From: Entomortierella parvispora E1425
Lineage: Eukaryota > Fungi > Mortierellomycota
Reading direction: 5' to 3'
Assembly (NCBI GenBank): GCA_020891255.1
Contig: BQFW01000007.1
Location: forward strand, 2,852,001-2,916,000
Length of the DNA: 64,000 nucleotides
Below, piece after piece: positions 22,284 to 33,585 of the stretch (position 1 is its first letter; each line of letters opens with the position of its first letter). A program made the position numbers and the translations under genes. The notes beneath the pieces were generated by a model. It saw only the letters and a list, made by a program, of their open reading frames with translations. It was not told the DNA's origin and did not search any database.

Positions 22284-22499
22284 GTCCGGGAGAAGGAGAT
22301 CAGTAGAGATGAGGAAGAGGAAGAAGAGGATGAGGTATTGATACGGAGAGCACGACGATAAAGGGAATTCTACTGAATCAATGCCAATAAAAGATAGCTC
22401 TCTCAAAGGCCCCTCAAAAAGTTGACGCGTTCACTTCTGGCTCGTTCGATTGAATCGGTACATCTTGCTAGTTTGGACTGATGATGACATGCCGGGTTG

Positions 22500-22800
22500 C
22501 CAGCTCTCTGCTCCCATCGTCGAGGGCCATAAGGACCTATATCAAATTGGAGGTCACGAGAGGTGCAATTGAGAAAAAGAAAAAAAAAAGATTGCCAAGC
22601 GAAGAGAACCCAGCTGGATTTCATTGCCTCAGGCGCCAGCCTTGCATCCAAGGAAAGAGCGATGCCTGGTGCCCTCGCGGTGCACCGTAAAGCAAGATGT
22701 GGACTTTGAGATACATTGTCCTTAGGATTTAACGACATGACCCTGTTCCACTCTGGAAGGAGCTCAAGGTTAAGCAAGACTTGCATCAGGAGGTTGGGAC
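22500..22800 (+). pseudogene. Decayed WD40 fragment homologous to the last repeat of the NACHT-WD40 gene
   Basis: GAGGGCCATAAGGACCTA (EGHKDL, about 22523) matches KGHKNL. About 22700-22780 reads, across frameshifts, WTLRYIVLGFNDMT.VPLWKELK versus WTSGWIVSGSNDRTVRLWKELR (about 21780-21845). Confidence 0.65.
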
Positions 22801-23409
22801 CTTGGTGGTGGTTCCTCTACCGCATTCGCTGTTTAAAAATCTGTTGCCTGGAGCCCAGCGCCTCGTTTCCTTGCGAGTTATTTTGACTCCCCCGGGTTTT
22901 GTGCTTGGATGAGGATGGCCCCATTAGGCGTTCGCTTGATCCAAGAGTTGGCTGACAGCACCTTTGTCCCCTGAAAAAAAGGAGGGGGGGGGGGGTGCAG
23001 ATCATCTTTACCACAAATAAACAAAAGAGGAACAGTGCCCTCGTCCACCTCGCGAAAGAGATGCGTTCACTTTCATTGAAGATCCCTTATTTCCTTCCTT
23101 TTCGAGGAGAGCGCGTTGTTTTTATCAACGCGTATGGAAAGCTGAGGTCCGGGGTTAAACGTTCTTGATGGCCGCTCGGCAGATAGCGCTCACGAGCCAC
23201 CTGTCCAATCTGGCGGGGACACAGCTCTCGAGATGCGCATTCAGTTTGCCCACCCTTTGCTGATTGCAGCCACAAAGTTTTTTTTTCTTGTGCTCTCACC
23301 ATTGCAAAAGCAGTCATTGGGTCTGCCAGCCGCTTGTCCCTCCCTCCTTTCTGTTTTGTCTTTTTGCCCTTTTCCCACCGAAAGAACAAGCATCGCCTCA
23401 CCATCGACC

Positions 23410-25332
23410 ATGTCCGAGAGTTGGACACTAGACACGCCCACTTCACCAATAGAATCCGCCGGTACTCTGAAGGAGTGCCCTTACGTTTACACATCCACTT
23501 GCTTTGCTAGAGGACGGCATGGCAACATCCACCGTGAGATAACAGACGCTGAGGCACCTTACTTGGTTCTGGTCGCTTGCCTCTCGGTGATAATATTAAC
23601 GGTCCCTTTCTCTCCTCTCTTCATTTTCCCTGTTTTTTGCTTGTTCTTTCTTGCATACCATTATGACCGGTCCCTCAACCGTTGCTACGGGGCGTGGGGT
23701 TCGTTTTTCAATAGGGGCAAGAAGAGTAAGCAGATGATATCACGGCCGCTGATATCTTGGATCAAAAGTTCACAAATGCCTCTTCTTTTTTTTTTTTTTT
23801 TTTTTTTTTTTAATGCAGAAAAACATCCCTGCAAATGCACCAGGAAACAACCTTGCCGTGAAGGTGATCTACAAGACAAGTCTACTGGACTATGTAGAAT
23901 TACCAGCAGAGGAGCGAGCCAAGATGACCAAGGAAGAACAGGAAGAATGGGACGCGGAATATCTTGACATGATGCAAAAATGGCTCCATCCTTTGTTCAA
24001 GGAGACCTATGTTCACAAACGACTGAATGACCATCCACATGTGCTCAAATATGTGGATCATTTCTGGACTAGTACCAAACGTAAGAAAGGCTCAACGTGC
24101 TTTCTTTTTTTTTTTTTTTTTTTTTTTTTTTGGCTCCTGACTATGTTTCCTTTGTGCCTTGTCCAAAACAAAAAAGACCCTAACGTGCTGCGCTTCCATG
24201 ATAACGTCCATAGTGCACATCGTGACAGAGTTGGCTATGGGAAGTGACCTTCAGATACGACTGAACAAGAGGATCCTGGCACAGCGGGGAGGCTATTCTG
24301 AAGCCGAATTGATTCCCATGTTCAGGATCCTTTGTGATACCTTGGCCTATATTCATTCAAGAAATTGTGTTCACCGAGGTAATCTATTTTCACCTTGGGA
24401 TGGCTCAATCGAGCATGGGGCAAAGATGGAGAGTCTGCCAAAGAAAGGGAGACAGAAAGGTAACTTTCCTCTGGTATCCTTTCCCAACCTCTAACCAGCA
24501 AATTCTCGTAAAATCTTCTCTAGATATCAAGGTACAAGAGGAGGCCATGAACAACGACATATGAACAAGAAATTGAATATGCAGGATCGTCGCAAGTGGC
24601 ATCGACTGACCGATCGAGTGATATCATCTCTCTTTTTTTTCTCTCCGTAACTGTTGTTGTTTGATAGCCTTCCAATATTTTGTTCCGCACTCAAGGGAAC
24701 GAAGAGTTGGTTATTGGGGACTTTGGATTCTCAGCCATGTTGGAAGAGCATCGCCCAAATCTGACGACCACCAATGTCGGTACAGCGCGATTCATGGTAA
24801 ATACGAATACAATTTCAACAAAAATCTCCCCTATTACAGTAAACTAACGCGCCAATTCTCCTCCCCTCTTCTCTGTCAATTGTGGCTAAAATAGGCTCCT
24901 GAGCAAGCCAGAAAGATGCCTCATGGGTCGCCTGTGGATATGTGGGCCTTGGGCGTGAACTGTTATTACTTCCTGACCACTCAACATCCGATCCGACCGT
25001 CAGCATCAAGCATCGAAGATGAGACGGAGCCTTACATTATCGACCAGGAAGGGATTGAAGCCATCAATTGGGCCGGCGTGAGCTTCCTTGGTAATGAAGA
25101 CCATGGGCTACTCTTGTGATCCTGCCTTCAGTTTTATTATGAAGAACGAAAACAAGATCAGAGACTGACCCGCACTTTTATACTTTTCCCGCCCTTTTAA
25201 TGGACATCAATCTCCATAGCAAAGAGCTTTATCCGGGGTCTACTTGTGATGGATCCTACTCTGCGAATGACCGCCGAGCAAGCCAGGAAGCATCTCTGGC
25301 TCGGCGACATCAAGATTTGTCCAGAGCCCTGA
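23410..25332 (+). CDS. Ser/Thr protein kinase K5, canonical catalytic motifs (8 exons, 335 aa)
   Basis: Exons 23410-23533, 23715-23725, 23819-24080, 24214-24378, 24524-24531, 24668-24796, 24895-25090, 25220-25332 = 1008 nt, in frame. Motifs: FARGRHGNI, LAVK, KETY, HRDIKPSN, GDFG, GTARFMAPE, DMWALG. Confidence 0.9.
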
Positions 25333-25553
25333 TCCTTGAGCTATTCCAAATACCAGTCGAAGCATCCCATTTTTATGGTGACCACAATAGTTTTGACAAC
25401 AAAAAAAAATGTCTATTAAAAATTTATTGGGGGGAAATGTACATGGAGGTGGGAAGAGTCGAACCGAATCGTAAAGCATGATAAGCATGAGAAAAATAGG
25501 AATGGTATGTGAAGTAAAGGTTGGCCAAAGCATCTAAAGACCCTGATAAGTCT

Positions 25554-27377
25554 TTAAACCTTGTGGTATCCAGCAGGGACAAAAGGCATCTTGGTGACCA
25601 CGGCCTTTTGCTTGCGACCACGGACCTCGACCTCGAGCTCGGTGCCAGACTTGTGGAGGCCGTTCTTGACATAGCCCATAGCGACGTTCTTCTTGAGCGA
25701 GGGAGAGGGGCAGCCAGAGGTAACGTTACCAATCAACTCGCCGTTAGAGTAGATCAGAGCTCCCTCACGAGCTGGGGCACCCTGGACAATAAGGCCAATG
25801 CGGCGCTTGGAGACACCGTTCTTGAGCTGGTCCTGGATCTTGGCAGCACCCAAGAATCCACCCTCGGCACGACGACGCTTACCGATGGTCCAGGTCAAAC
25901 CGGCCTCAATAGGGGTGATGGTGTCATCCATATCGTGACCGTAGAGGCACAAACCAGCCTCCAAACGCAAAGAGTCACGAGCACCGAGACCAGCGAGCTC
26001 CACACGGGGATCGGCAATCAACAACTTGGTGAACTCGACAGCATCGCCGTTGGGGACAGAGATCTAGAAACAATCAAGAGCATCAGTTAATGTTTGTTGG
26101 AAATGAAGAAAAAAAAACTCTACTTGAGAAAAGCATATAAGGCTCATAACCAAAGGATGAATTACCTCGAAACCATCCTCGCCAGTGTATCCGGAGCGGG
26201 CAACATGGCACTCGATACCCTTGATAGTCATGGAGCGACCATCCATGAAAGGCAAATCGCGCAAGTCCTTGCCGACCAAACCCTCCAAGACAGCAGCGGC
26301 CTTGGGGCCCTGAAGAGCAATCAACTGATGGTCGTCAATGATCTTCAAGTCAACATCGCCTCCCTTGTTCTGGAACTCCTTCAAGTGAGCGCGGATGTGG
26401 GCCAAATCCTTGTCGGCGCATCCGGCGTTCGAGACAACGTAGAGAGAATCCTCCTGCTTGCAGATAATGGTGTCATCAATGATACCACCGTTCTCGTTCG
26501 TGAAAACAGACAAGGTCGACTGGCCGACCTTCAAAGCCTCAATATCGGCCACGGTGATGGACTCGTAGAACTTGACACGGTCCTTGCCAGTGATTCTGTG
26601 GAAAACAAAAAAAAAAAAAAAAAAGGAGATTGTTAGAATGGGTCAAAGGATCGGCTACCCTCTTCGCACAAAAAGGTGGGAAGCAACAGAACGACCATCC
26701 AAAGAGCCGGCTGTACCTGGTGGCGAGCATATGGCTGACATCAAACACGGAGGCGTTCTGGCGGGTCCAGAGATGGGAGGCACCGACACCGAGGTTCGAG
26801 TACTGGACGGGCATGGACCAGCCAGCAAAGGGAACCATTTTTCCGCCATTCTCGACATGGTAGTCGTGGAGAACGGTCTTCTTGAGGACCTACAGAAACG
26901 GGCAAGAAAACAGAGACTATCAGCGAAACAGATCAAACTGGATCACAGCAAGAAAACTCTTCGACAGTTGTCAAAATCAACCAGGCAGACAGCTTTCGAG
27001 TCTTTGTCTATCCATGTCCCTCGTATTCTTCTTTTGTGGTTGTACCCAGAAGAGATCCCACGCATCCTGCGGACCGTTGACATACTTGGATCTCAGGATC
27101 CGATCCAGTTGTTTCTGGTTTGCTCCCGTTCTATTATTCTCTCCCATGGTCTTTGTCCTGTTTGTCCTGCGCCTGTCTCGTCTAATCCAGTCGTCTGCAA
27201 TGGTTGATTCATGTCTGCAGTGCATCGTAGGTAGAGTCTGATGCCAATGAGGGTCACTCATGTTTAGCTCATTACCTCTCCGGTGGCAGCGGCCGAGTAG
27301 GCACGCTGGGATGAGCGAGCAAAGTTGCTGGAGGTGGCCGAGGCAAGCGAGCGAGCGAATCTGAGGGAAGCAAGCAT
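25554..27377 (-). CDS. GCV1: Glycine cleavage system T protein (aminomethyltransferase), mitochondrial
   Basis: Mitochondrial presequence [11 protein letters not shown]; [13 protein letters not shown]; FDVSHM; GGIIDDT; [11 protein letters not shown]; [18 protein letters not shown]; multi-exon. Confidence 0.96.
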
Positions 27378-27924
27378 GGTTGTGGAGAGAGGAGGAAGGG
27401 GGAGTGGGGAGGGTGTGGAAGAGAGTTGTAGTGGAAGGAAAAGAAGAAGAAAAGAGAAAAGAAAAGGGAGGAAGCGGACAGAAGGAGAGGAAGACCGTTG
27501 CAAAGACAAAGCCAGAAAGACCATTGAAAATAAGGGACGAAAACGGAGCAAAAAATTAACTTTTTTTTTTTTTTTTTTTTTTTGAACGCGACTCGGTGGA
27601 ATCGACAAAGAGCGCCTTTATTGGTCGGCGGTGGTCCGACCATCGTCCCCTTTTCCCCTCCCTTCTGTGCGTCCGCAGACGCGCCCACTCTTGCTCCACC
27701 TACGCCCGCCTTCCGGGATGCTGGGGGCACGGGAACCTTTTCGACGGTAGACAATCACTCCCTCCACGTCTCCATGTTCTCTCCTGTCACTCACTCATCA
27801 TCGCCCGTTTGGATAAAAGCTCTAGAGGCTCGGTTGCCACCTCCGGAGCCACACCCCATAGATCCTCTAGAAGTTGGTCTCATCAACCGAGTCAGTATCC
27901 CTCCTACAGTCTCCGAAGGCGCAA

Positions 27925-28310
27925 ACAGTCCTGTGGGGTCTCTATCTATGTCTGAAGGCAAAAGTCCATTCAAGTCTGCAAGCAGAGTCCAAGCAAACGG
28001 ATTAAGCTTGAGGGTGCAGCCAGACTCAATTGAGTCTAGTTACGATGGCCCTCCTGAATCGGAAATACCGATAGCATCGGTCAACACTTCGCCTCTCCTG
28101 TTGCCTGCCCTGTCAGCCTCCTAGAGGCCCTGTCTCCTAGCAGCTACTCCCTGTTTTAGGCACCTATTCTCCTTCTATTCTTGTATAGAAGACGACTCTT
28201 GTTAAAAAGCTGGAGCATCAATTGAAGGCGATGGCAGTATTTTCCTCGCGAGAGCAAGAATGATTGGTGGCGCTTACATTTGGTGGCGTATTGTCTTCAT
28301 AGCTCATATT
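27925..28310 (-). pseudogene. Decayed duplicate of the 3' end of the neighbouring FN3/coiled-coil gene
   Basis: The minus strand reads GNRRGEVLTDAIGISDSGGPS*LDSIESGCTLKLNPFAWTLLADL versus GSKRSELRSNVNGVSDSGQPSSLETGVFGYGLKLNPFGWSLPTDL in the intact gene (about 28950-29085). It has an in-frame TAA and a frameshift. Confidence 0.75.
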
Positions 28311-28915
28311 CACCTGGACTACCTTTGAAGAGTCCCTGTGAAGAAGGAAAAGAATGTCGTAGAGGCAGGAACGAGTAGAAGCATGAGAGAAGAGGAGGGT
28401 CGATTGAAAAAGAAAGAAAGAGGGTAGATGCCGCCTAAAGGAAGAGGATGTGGCGCTGGTGCCTGAAAGGCCTAATGATACACACCATGGGGTGGCTTAG
28501 ATGTAGCCGTGCATGCTTGGTCTTTTCATGAACAGCACCATTTGCGAAACTCCCCTTCTTTCGCGCTGTCAAAGACTGCCAGTGAAGTTCCTTGCCTAAG
28601 AAAATCCTGCGTGGGAGTGTCAGTCCATTCGAATGGTTTGCATGCTCTGTTATCTAAGCGCGTTGCTTTCTGCTCCCCCAACGCCTCTCGCGACCGACAT
28701 CATTTTCACCTATTCTCATGGAAAGATTGCTTGTCCTTAAATACTCCTCTCCTCGTGTTCTTCTATTAGCAAAAAAGATGCCTCTCCCTAATAAAACTAG
28801 AAAGCTATACTAAATACAACAAGGAACATAGGCTGTGGAGAAAAACAAAAGAAAAAAAGGTAAAAAAAGAGTTAAAAAAAAAAAAAAAAAAGGAAAAAGT
28901 GAACCCGCTACGAAT

Positions 28916-31900
28916 CTAGGACGACGCATCTTGTCCTGTGGGCTCATCCTCCAAGTCTGTGGGCAAACTCCAGCCAAAGGGATTAAGCTTGAGACCGTAT
29001 CCGAAAACGCCAGTCTCCAAGGACGAAGGCTGTCCAGAATCAGAAACACCATTCACGTTACTTCGGAGCTCGCTTCTCTTGCTGCCTTGCCCCATCATCA
29101 GGCCGACTGGGCCTTCCGTCCCAAGAGGTTTTGCACTTGGTGTTGAGAATGAATTTCCACCAGTCAACGTCGAGGGGGCGTCGAATCCACGATGGTTGCG
29201 ATGGCTGAAATAGTGATCAGCAAACACCAGGTTTTGTGCCTCCACTGATCTTGGTGTGCCAGTATCAAGTGAGGACACTGATGATCCAGTAGGGCTGCTC
29301 AACATTCCTTCCATGCCTGCACCTCCCGAGCTTGACTCACGGACAGCTGCGGTACCGATGTTCTGGAGTCGATTTTGAGATGCCGCTTTTGCTTCACTCT
29401 GCCAAGGGTCGGAAACAAGATCCAGGGCTGCCTCGTATCCATGACTGACCTCCCCATGAGATCCATTTCCGTATCCACCCCAAAGTCCACGATCCAATGT
29501 ATCTCGACGAGTCAGCGGTCGAGTAGAGAAAGCAGATGACCCAGGACTGACAGTTGAAAGACGAGGTGAACTCGGGGACGAAATCTCAGAGCTATTCAAT
29601 AACTTGGAACCAGACTCGACCTGGCTAGTTATCCTGCCAATTGATGCAGGTCGAGTAATCGACTTGAAATCCCACGTCGGAGATTGTTGAAAAACAGGAA
29701 AAGATGTGGTGGTGGGCGAGGACAAGGGAGAGGACGTTCCTGGAGTCGATATAGTTCGAAGATGAGAAGGTAAAACCTTTGCGCGAGCAGTCAAGGATGG
29801 ATGACTGCCAACGGAGCGAAGATGATGGCGAAGACCCAAGGTGTCTGGGGACTCGAACATGGATTGGATCACGCTCTGTTCGTTCAACTGATGATCGGCT
29901 CCACTGGAACTTGCATCCTGTGGGCCGACAGGAGAAAAGAAGCGATGGTAGTCAAAAGACTGAGAGTTGGCGGGGGCGAGGTTTTCAAGCACAGGTGATC
30001 GACCAATAGGACCATTGACGTTAGCCACAGATCGGGAAGAAGCACCATTCGATACACCCCAATGCGCCTGAGCAGCAGAGATCGGAGGCGAATGCATCAA
30101 ACCATCCTGGAAGCGAGCTCTGGACCCAGGACTTTGGATATGTGCTTGATGCTGCTGTTGTTGTTGTTGTTGCTGAAGTGGCTGTTGGTGACGCAACGCT
30201 GCCTGTCGGGGTGGAAGAGATGATTGATAGCCCTGCGAGGAGTTGGAGAACGCAAATGCCGGCTCGAACAACGGCGACTGATATCCATTTAGAGATGACA
30301 CGGACGAGGTTCTCGATCGAGCATCCTGGCTGCGCGCCTTGATCAATGGAGATTCGCCTCCACCACTCTCCCTTGTGTCAATGTTGCCAGAGTCAACTGC
30401 GACAAAGGATCCCGCGGCACTTCGCCCCAGGCCAAACGATCCGGCATCGCTCAACAGTTCGGCACCGTGTCCTCTCTGAGGGAATCCAGGAGGTGGACCT
30501 GCAGTCTTGCGAGACATGGCTTTGGGTCCAGGCGAGAGGCCGTCGTCCTGAAAAAGACCATTCAAGATCGTTGTACCAGGACTTTTACCCCATCCTGCGC
30601 TCATCCAGTTCGACCCCTGATCCAACACACCATGATCCTTGTACGTCGTTTCATCCAACGCTGCCTGTCTAGTTGCTGGTGTGAGCTTTGCTCTGTTGAC
30701 CTCAGCTCTCCTGTCCTCATTCGCTTTCCTGGCTGCGTTGACGCTCTTTGAAACATCGGCAAGTCTTTCCTGCAACTGCTGGTTCTCTGCTTTACACTGG
30801 TCCAGTTGTTGCGTCAGCTGCGCACACTTGAGATCCAACTCCCTGTTCTTTTGATCCCACACAGCTACACCTTTGGGGGCATGCAGATTCGGCTGGATCT
30901 TTTGGAGATCTCTCTCCTTGGCCTCGATGGTATCACTCAGAGTCTTTTGAGAGGCCTGCAACTTTTGCAGCGAGACCTCTGCTGCTTTCACTTCCTCCGT
31001 ACGTCTCTTGAGCGTCACTTCCAGCTCTTGGACATGGCGACGACGCGATTCCTTTTCAGCAATCAGTTTCTCCCCGTTTTGCTTTAGTGTCTGTTGCAGT
31101 TGTTCGACCCTGCGACGCTTGGCTTCCAGTTGATCGGACAGCCTCTGTCGTTTGTCAACCTCGATCCGATGCTCCTTCTCCACCTTGGATTTGTTGACCT
31201 CTGCTTCTCGTAAACTCTCCTCGAGCTCCTTCAACTTTGCCTTGGCTTGCTGTCGAGGTTCTTCTTCTTGCTTTTGCTGTTCCCGAAGTGCCGCGATTTC
31301 ATTCCGGAGTAGTTCATCCTGGGTCTTGTATGTCTTTTCCAGATCCGATAACTGCTGAGTAAGTTGAGAAAACGATGCCTCCTTTTGCTCCAGTTCGGTG
31401 CGCAGTGCTAGGATTTGGTCTTCATAAACGACTTTTGCAGGGGCTGCGGTTTCGGATTCGCATCGGACCATCGGTTGTGTTGCTGCGGCTCCGGTCAGTT
31501 CTTCGTTACTCTTTCCTAGATCTGCCAACAGCTTTTGATCGTTGGTAGCCCCAACAGCATCCTTGTCTGTTGGTGTTGCTGTCGTCGCTATTGTTGAGTC
31601 CTGCGCAGCCGTCAGAAGAGTCTCTCGTTCTTTCTCCAAGTTTTTGGCCAGTTCGCTTTCCCGTCTTGCATTTTCAACTGAGTCACATCACCAGTAAAAA
31701 TTAAATGGGGAGGCATGCGTTAGACCATTGAAAAAATAATTAAACAGGACAAAAAACAATGCATGCGCCCCTCACCTGAGCTCAGCTCTAGTTCAACAGG
31801 GACAGATGCAAGTGTCCGTACTACTACGTAATCGCTCGGTGTTTTCCAGTTGCGCGTGGTGATGGCCCAAAGTCTGATCCTGTAAGTATTGTCCGGATAG

Positions 31901-33142
31901 AGTCCCTGGATCACCACACTGGTCTCTTGCTTTCCACTTTCTCCGATGAGGAGTCCGTCAATCTCGATCAGGTGTTTGGAGATGGTCGCCTGTGATGAGC
32001 ACTGCCAATGCAATGTTATGCTCCTGTCCTTGACTTCCTTCAATGTGACTATTGACGGTGCTGGCAGGGTAATACCGAAAAAGTCCCGAAGATCGTCCGT
32101 TGAAGCGTGAAGGTAACCAAAGAGATCGTATAAAAGCCAAAGGACTCCAAAAGCCGAACAAAAGGCAGCCAGCGGTGCCAGAAACACAATCGACGGTACC
32201 GTCGGTGGATTCAATGCCGCAATAACAGTTTGCCGCTCCAGATAAGGCTTGAGCATATACATGGTCATGGCGAGGATGACGCCCTTGAGGTTGAGGCCAT
32301 GGATCAGGCTAACCATCAGACCAAACGCCACTCCTGTAGCAAAGGGCGACGTGAAACTGAAGGGCACGGTGTAGAAGACGATGGCATTAGAGACACACAT
32401 GGCGCCGATCGAGATGAGGACAATATGGCCACCAATGAAGAAGATCCTGAAGACGAGGGCGAGAATGAAGTAAAAGAGAAAGAACCACTCGATCGGAAGC
32501 TGCAGCAGGATGTCGAGTAGGATGGTCAAAGACCAAAAGAGGATGCAGGCTGCGGCACGGTGCCTAAGATGAAACGAACAAAGAGAAAAGGACGATGCAC
32601 ACGAGAGCAGTTAGGAGACTGAAGGGACAAACATAGCACGCACACACGCACGCAGATCAGAGGCTCGTTGGACAAGGAGGAAGGGCAGACAGCAAAGAAG
32701 ACAAAGAAGACAAAGAAAACAAAGAAAACAAAGCCGGTCCTTGAGCTGTCCAAAAAAGATTTCTTGGCTGCATGCCTGCGAATATCACTTACCGAGAGAG
32801 CAGCTGGAACGTTCTGTCTGCGATGTCATAGTGGCCCATGTACTTTCTCGGCTTGGGTATAGAGTGTGGATTCATGGCCATGGGACCGGGTCTGATGCTG
32901 GTGGACGAGGAGGACGTGTGGTTACTGCTGCTGCTGGGGCGATTCTGGTGAGCCGAGGGAGACGAGGACGGAGTTGTTGGGAATGAGGATGCAAGACCCC
33001 TCTTGAGGGTCATGGATGGCTGCGGTTGTGGCTGTTGCTTTGGTGGTGATGGCTCAAAGCGCTGTTGCGGTGATTTGTTCTGGGAAGAGTGGGTGAAGGT
33101 TGGAAGAGTGCCTGATCCGCTGCTTGGAGCAAGGTTGCCCAT
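28916..33142 (-). CDS. Membrane protein with a fibronectin type III domain, long coiled coil and low-complexity C-terminus
   Basis: Hydrophobic TM block (32529-32100). FN3 domain reads PAPSIVTLKEVKDRSITLHW...GLYPDNTYRIRLWA. The heptad-rich coiled coil lies in ORF 28916-31639. The 5' exon (33142-about 32843) is approximate. Confidence 0.8.
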
Positions 33143-33585
33143 GCGATGCGCAGGTCGAGTTTGAATCTGCGTTAGTCAGGCTCCGACGAATGACAGGCGA
33201 GAGCGAAAGGGGAGGGAACGATCCAATCCAGGGAAAGGAGAAGTGCAGAACGCAGGAATGAAGGCAAAGGGGAAGGAATGGATGGCGTGGAGGAAGGTGA
33301 GTCTTGTTTTATTTTCTTTTCAAACAGGGCATAAGGGTCCCTGAGGGAAAAAGAGAAGAACGGTGCAAAGAGTGAGTGAGTGAGAGGATGTCGGCTCCTT
33401 CTTGGCCGTCTATCTTCTTTCTTTTCAGTGGCACTTTTTTTTTTTTTTTGGTTCTCTTTGTCCCAACGGTTTTTTTTCTTCTCCGCTCAGGTGAAGATCA
33501 AGTGTGAGTGTCACATGACCATTGGTGGCAAAAGCATATGACGTCATCTCTTTTTTTTTTGGGTGGAGCGATGCTCCAGGATGCT

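Noticed and set aside
4358-23044. Shared 10-mer GTGCCCTCGT upstream of K3 (4358) and K5 (23035); poly-G/AGAT(C)CATCTTTA upstream of K1 and K5
   Set aside because: A 10-mer match between two ~400-bp windows is not unlikely by chance, and it is absent upstream of the other paralogs.
26885-27275. Long GCV1 intron 1 as a possible glycine riboswitch, or its internal 94-aa ORF (26977-27261)
   Set aside because: Only a GGAGAG fragment is present, with no CCGAAG/CTCTCAGG aptamer core in the sense orientation. The ORF has no recognisable features.
27582-28124. 180-aa plus-strand ORF upstream of GCV1
   Set aside because: It has a non-ATG start and lies antisense to the decayed FN3 duplicate, which explains its open frame.
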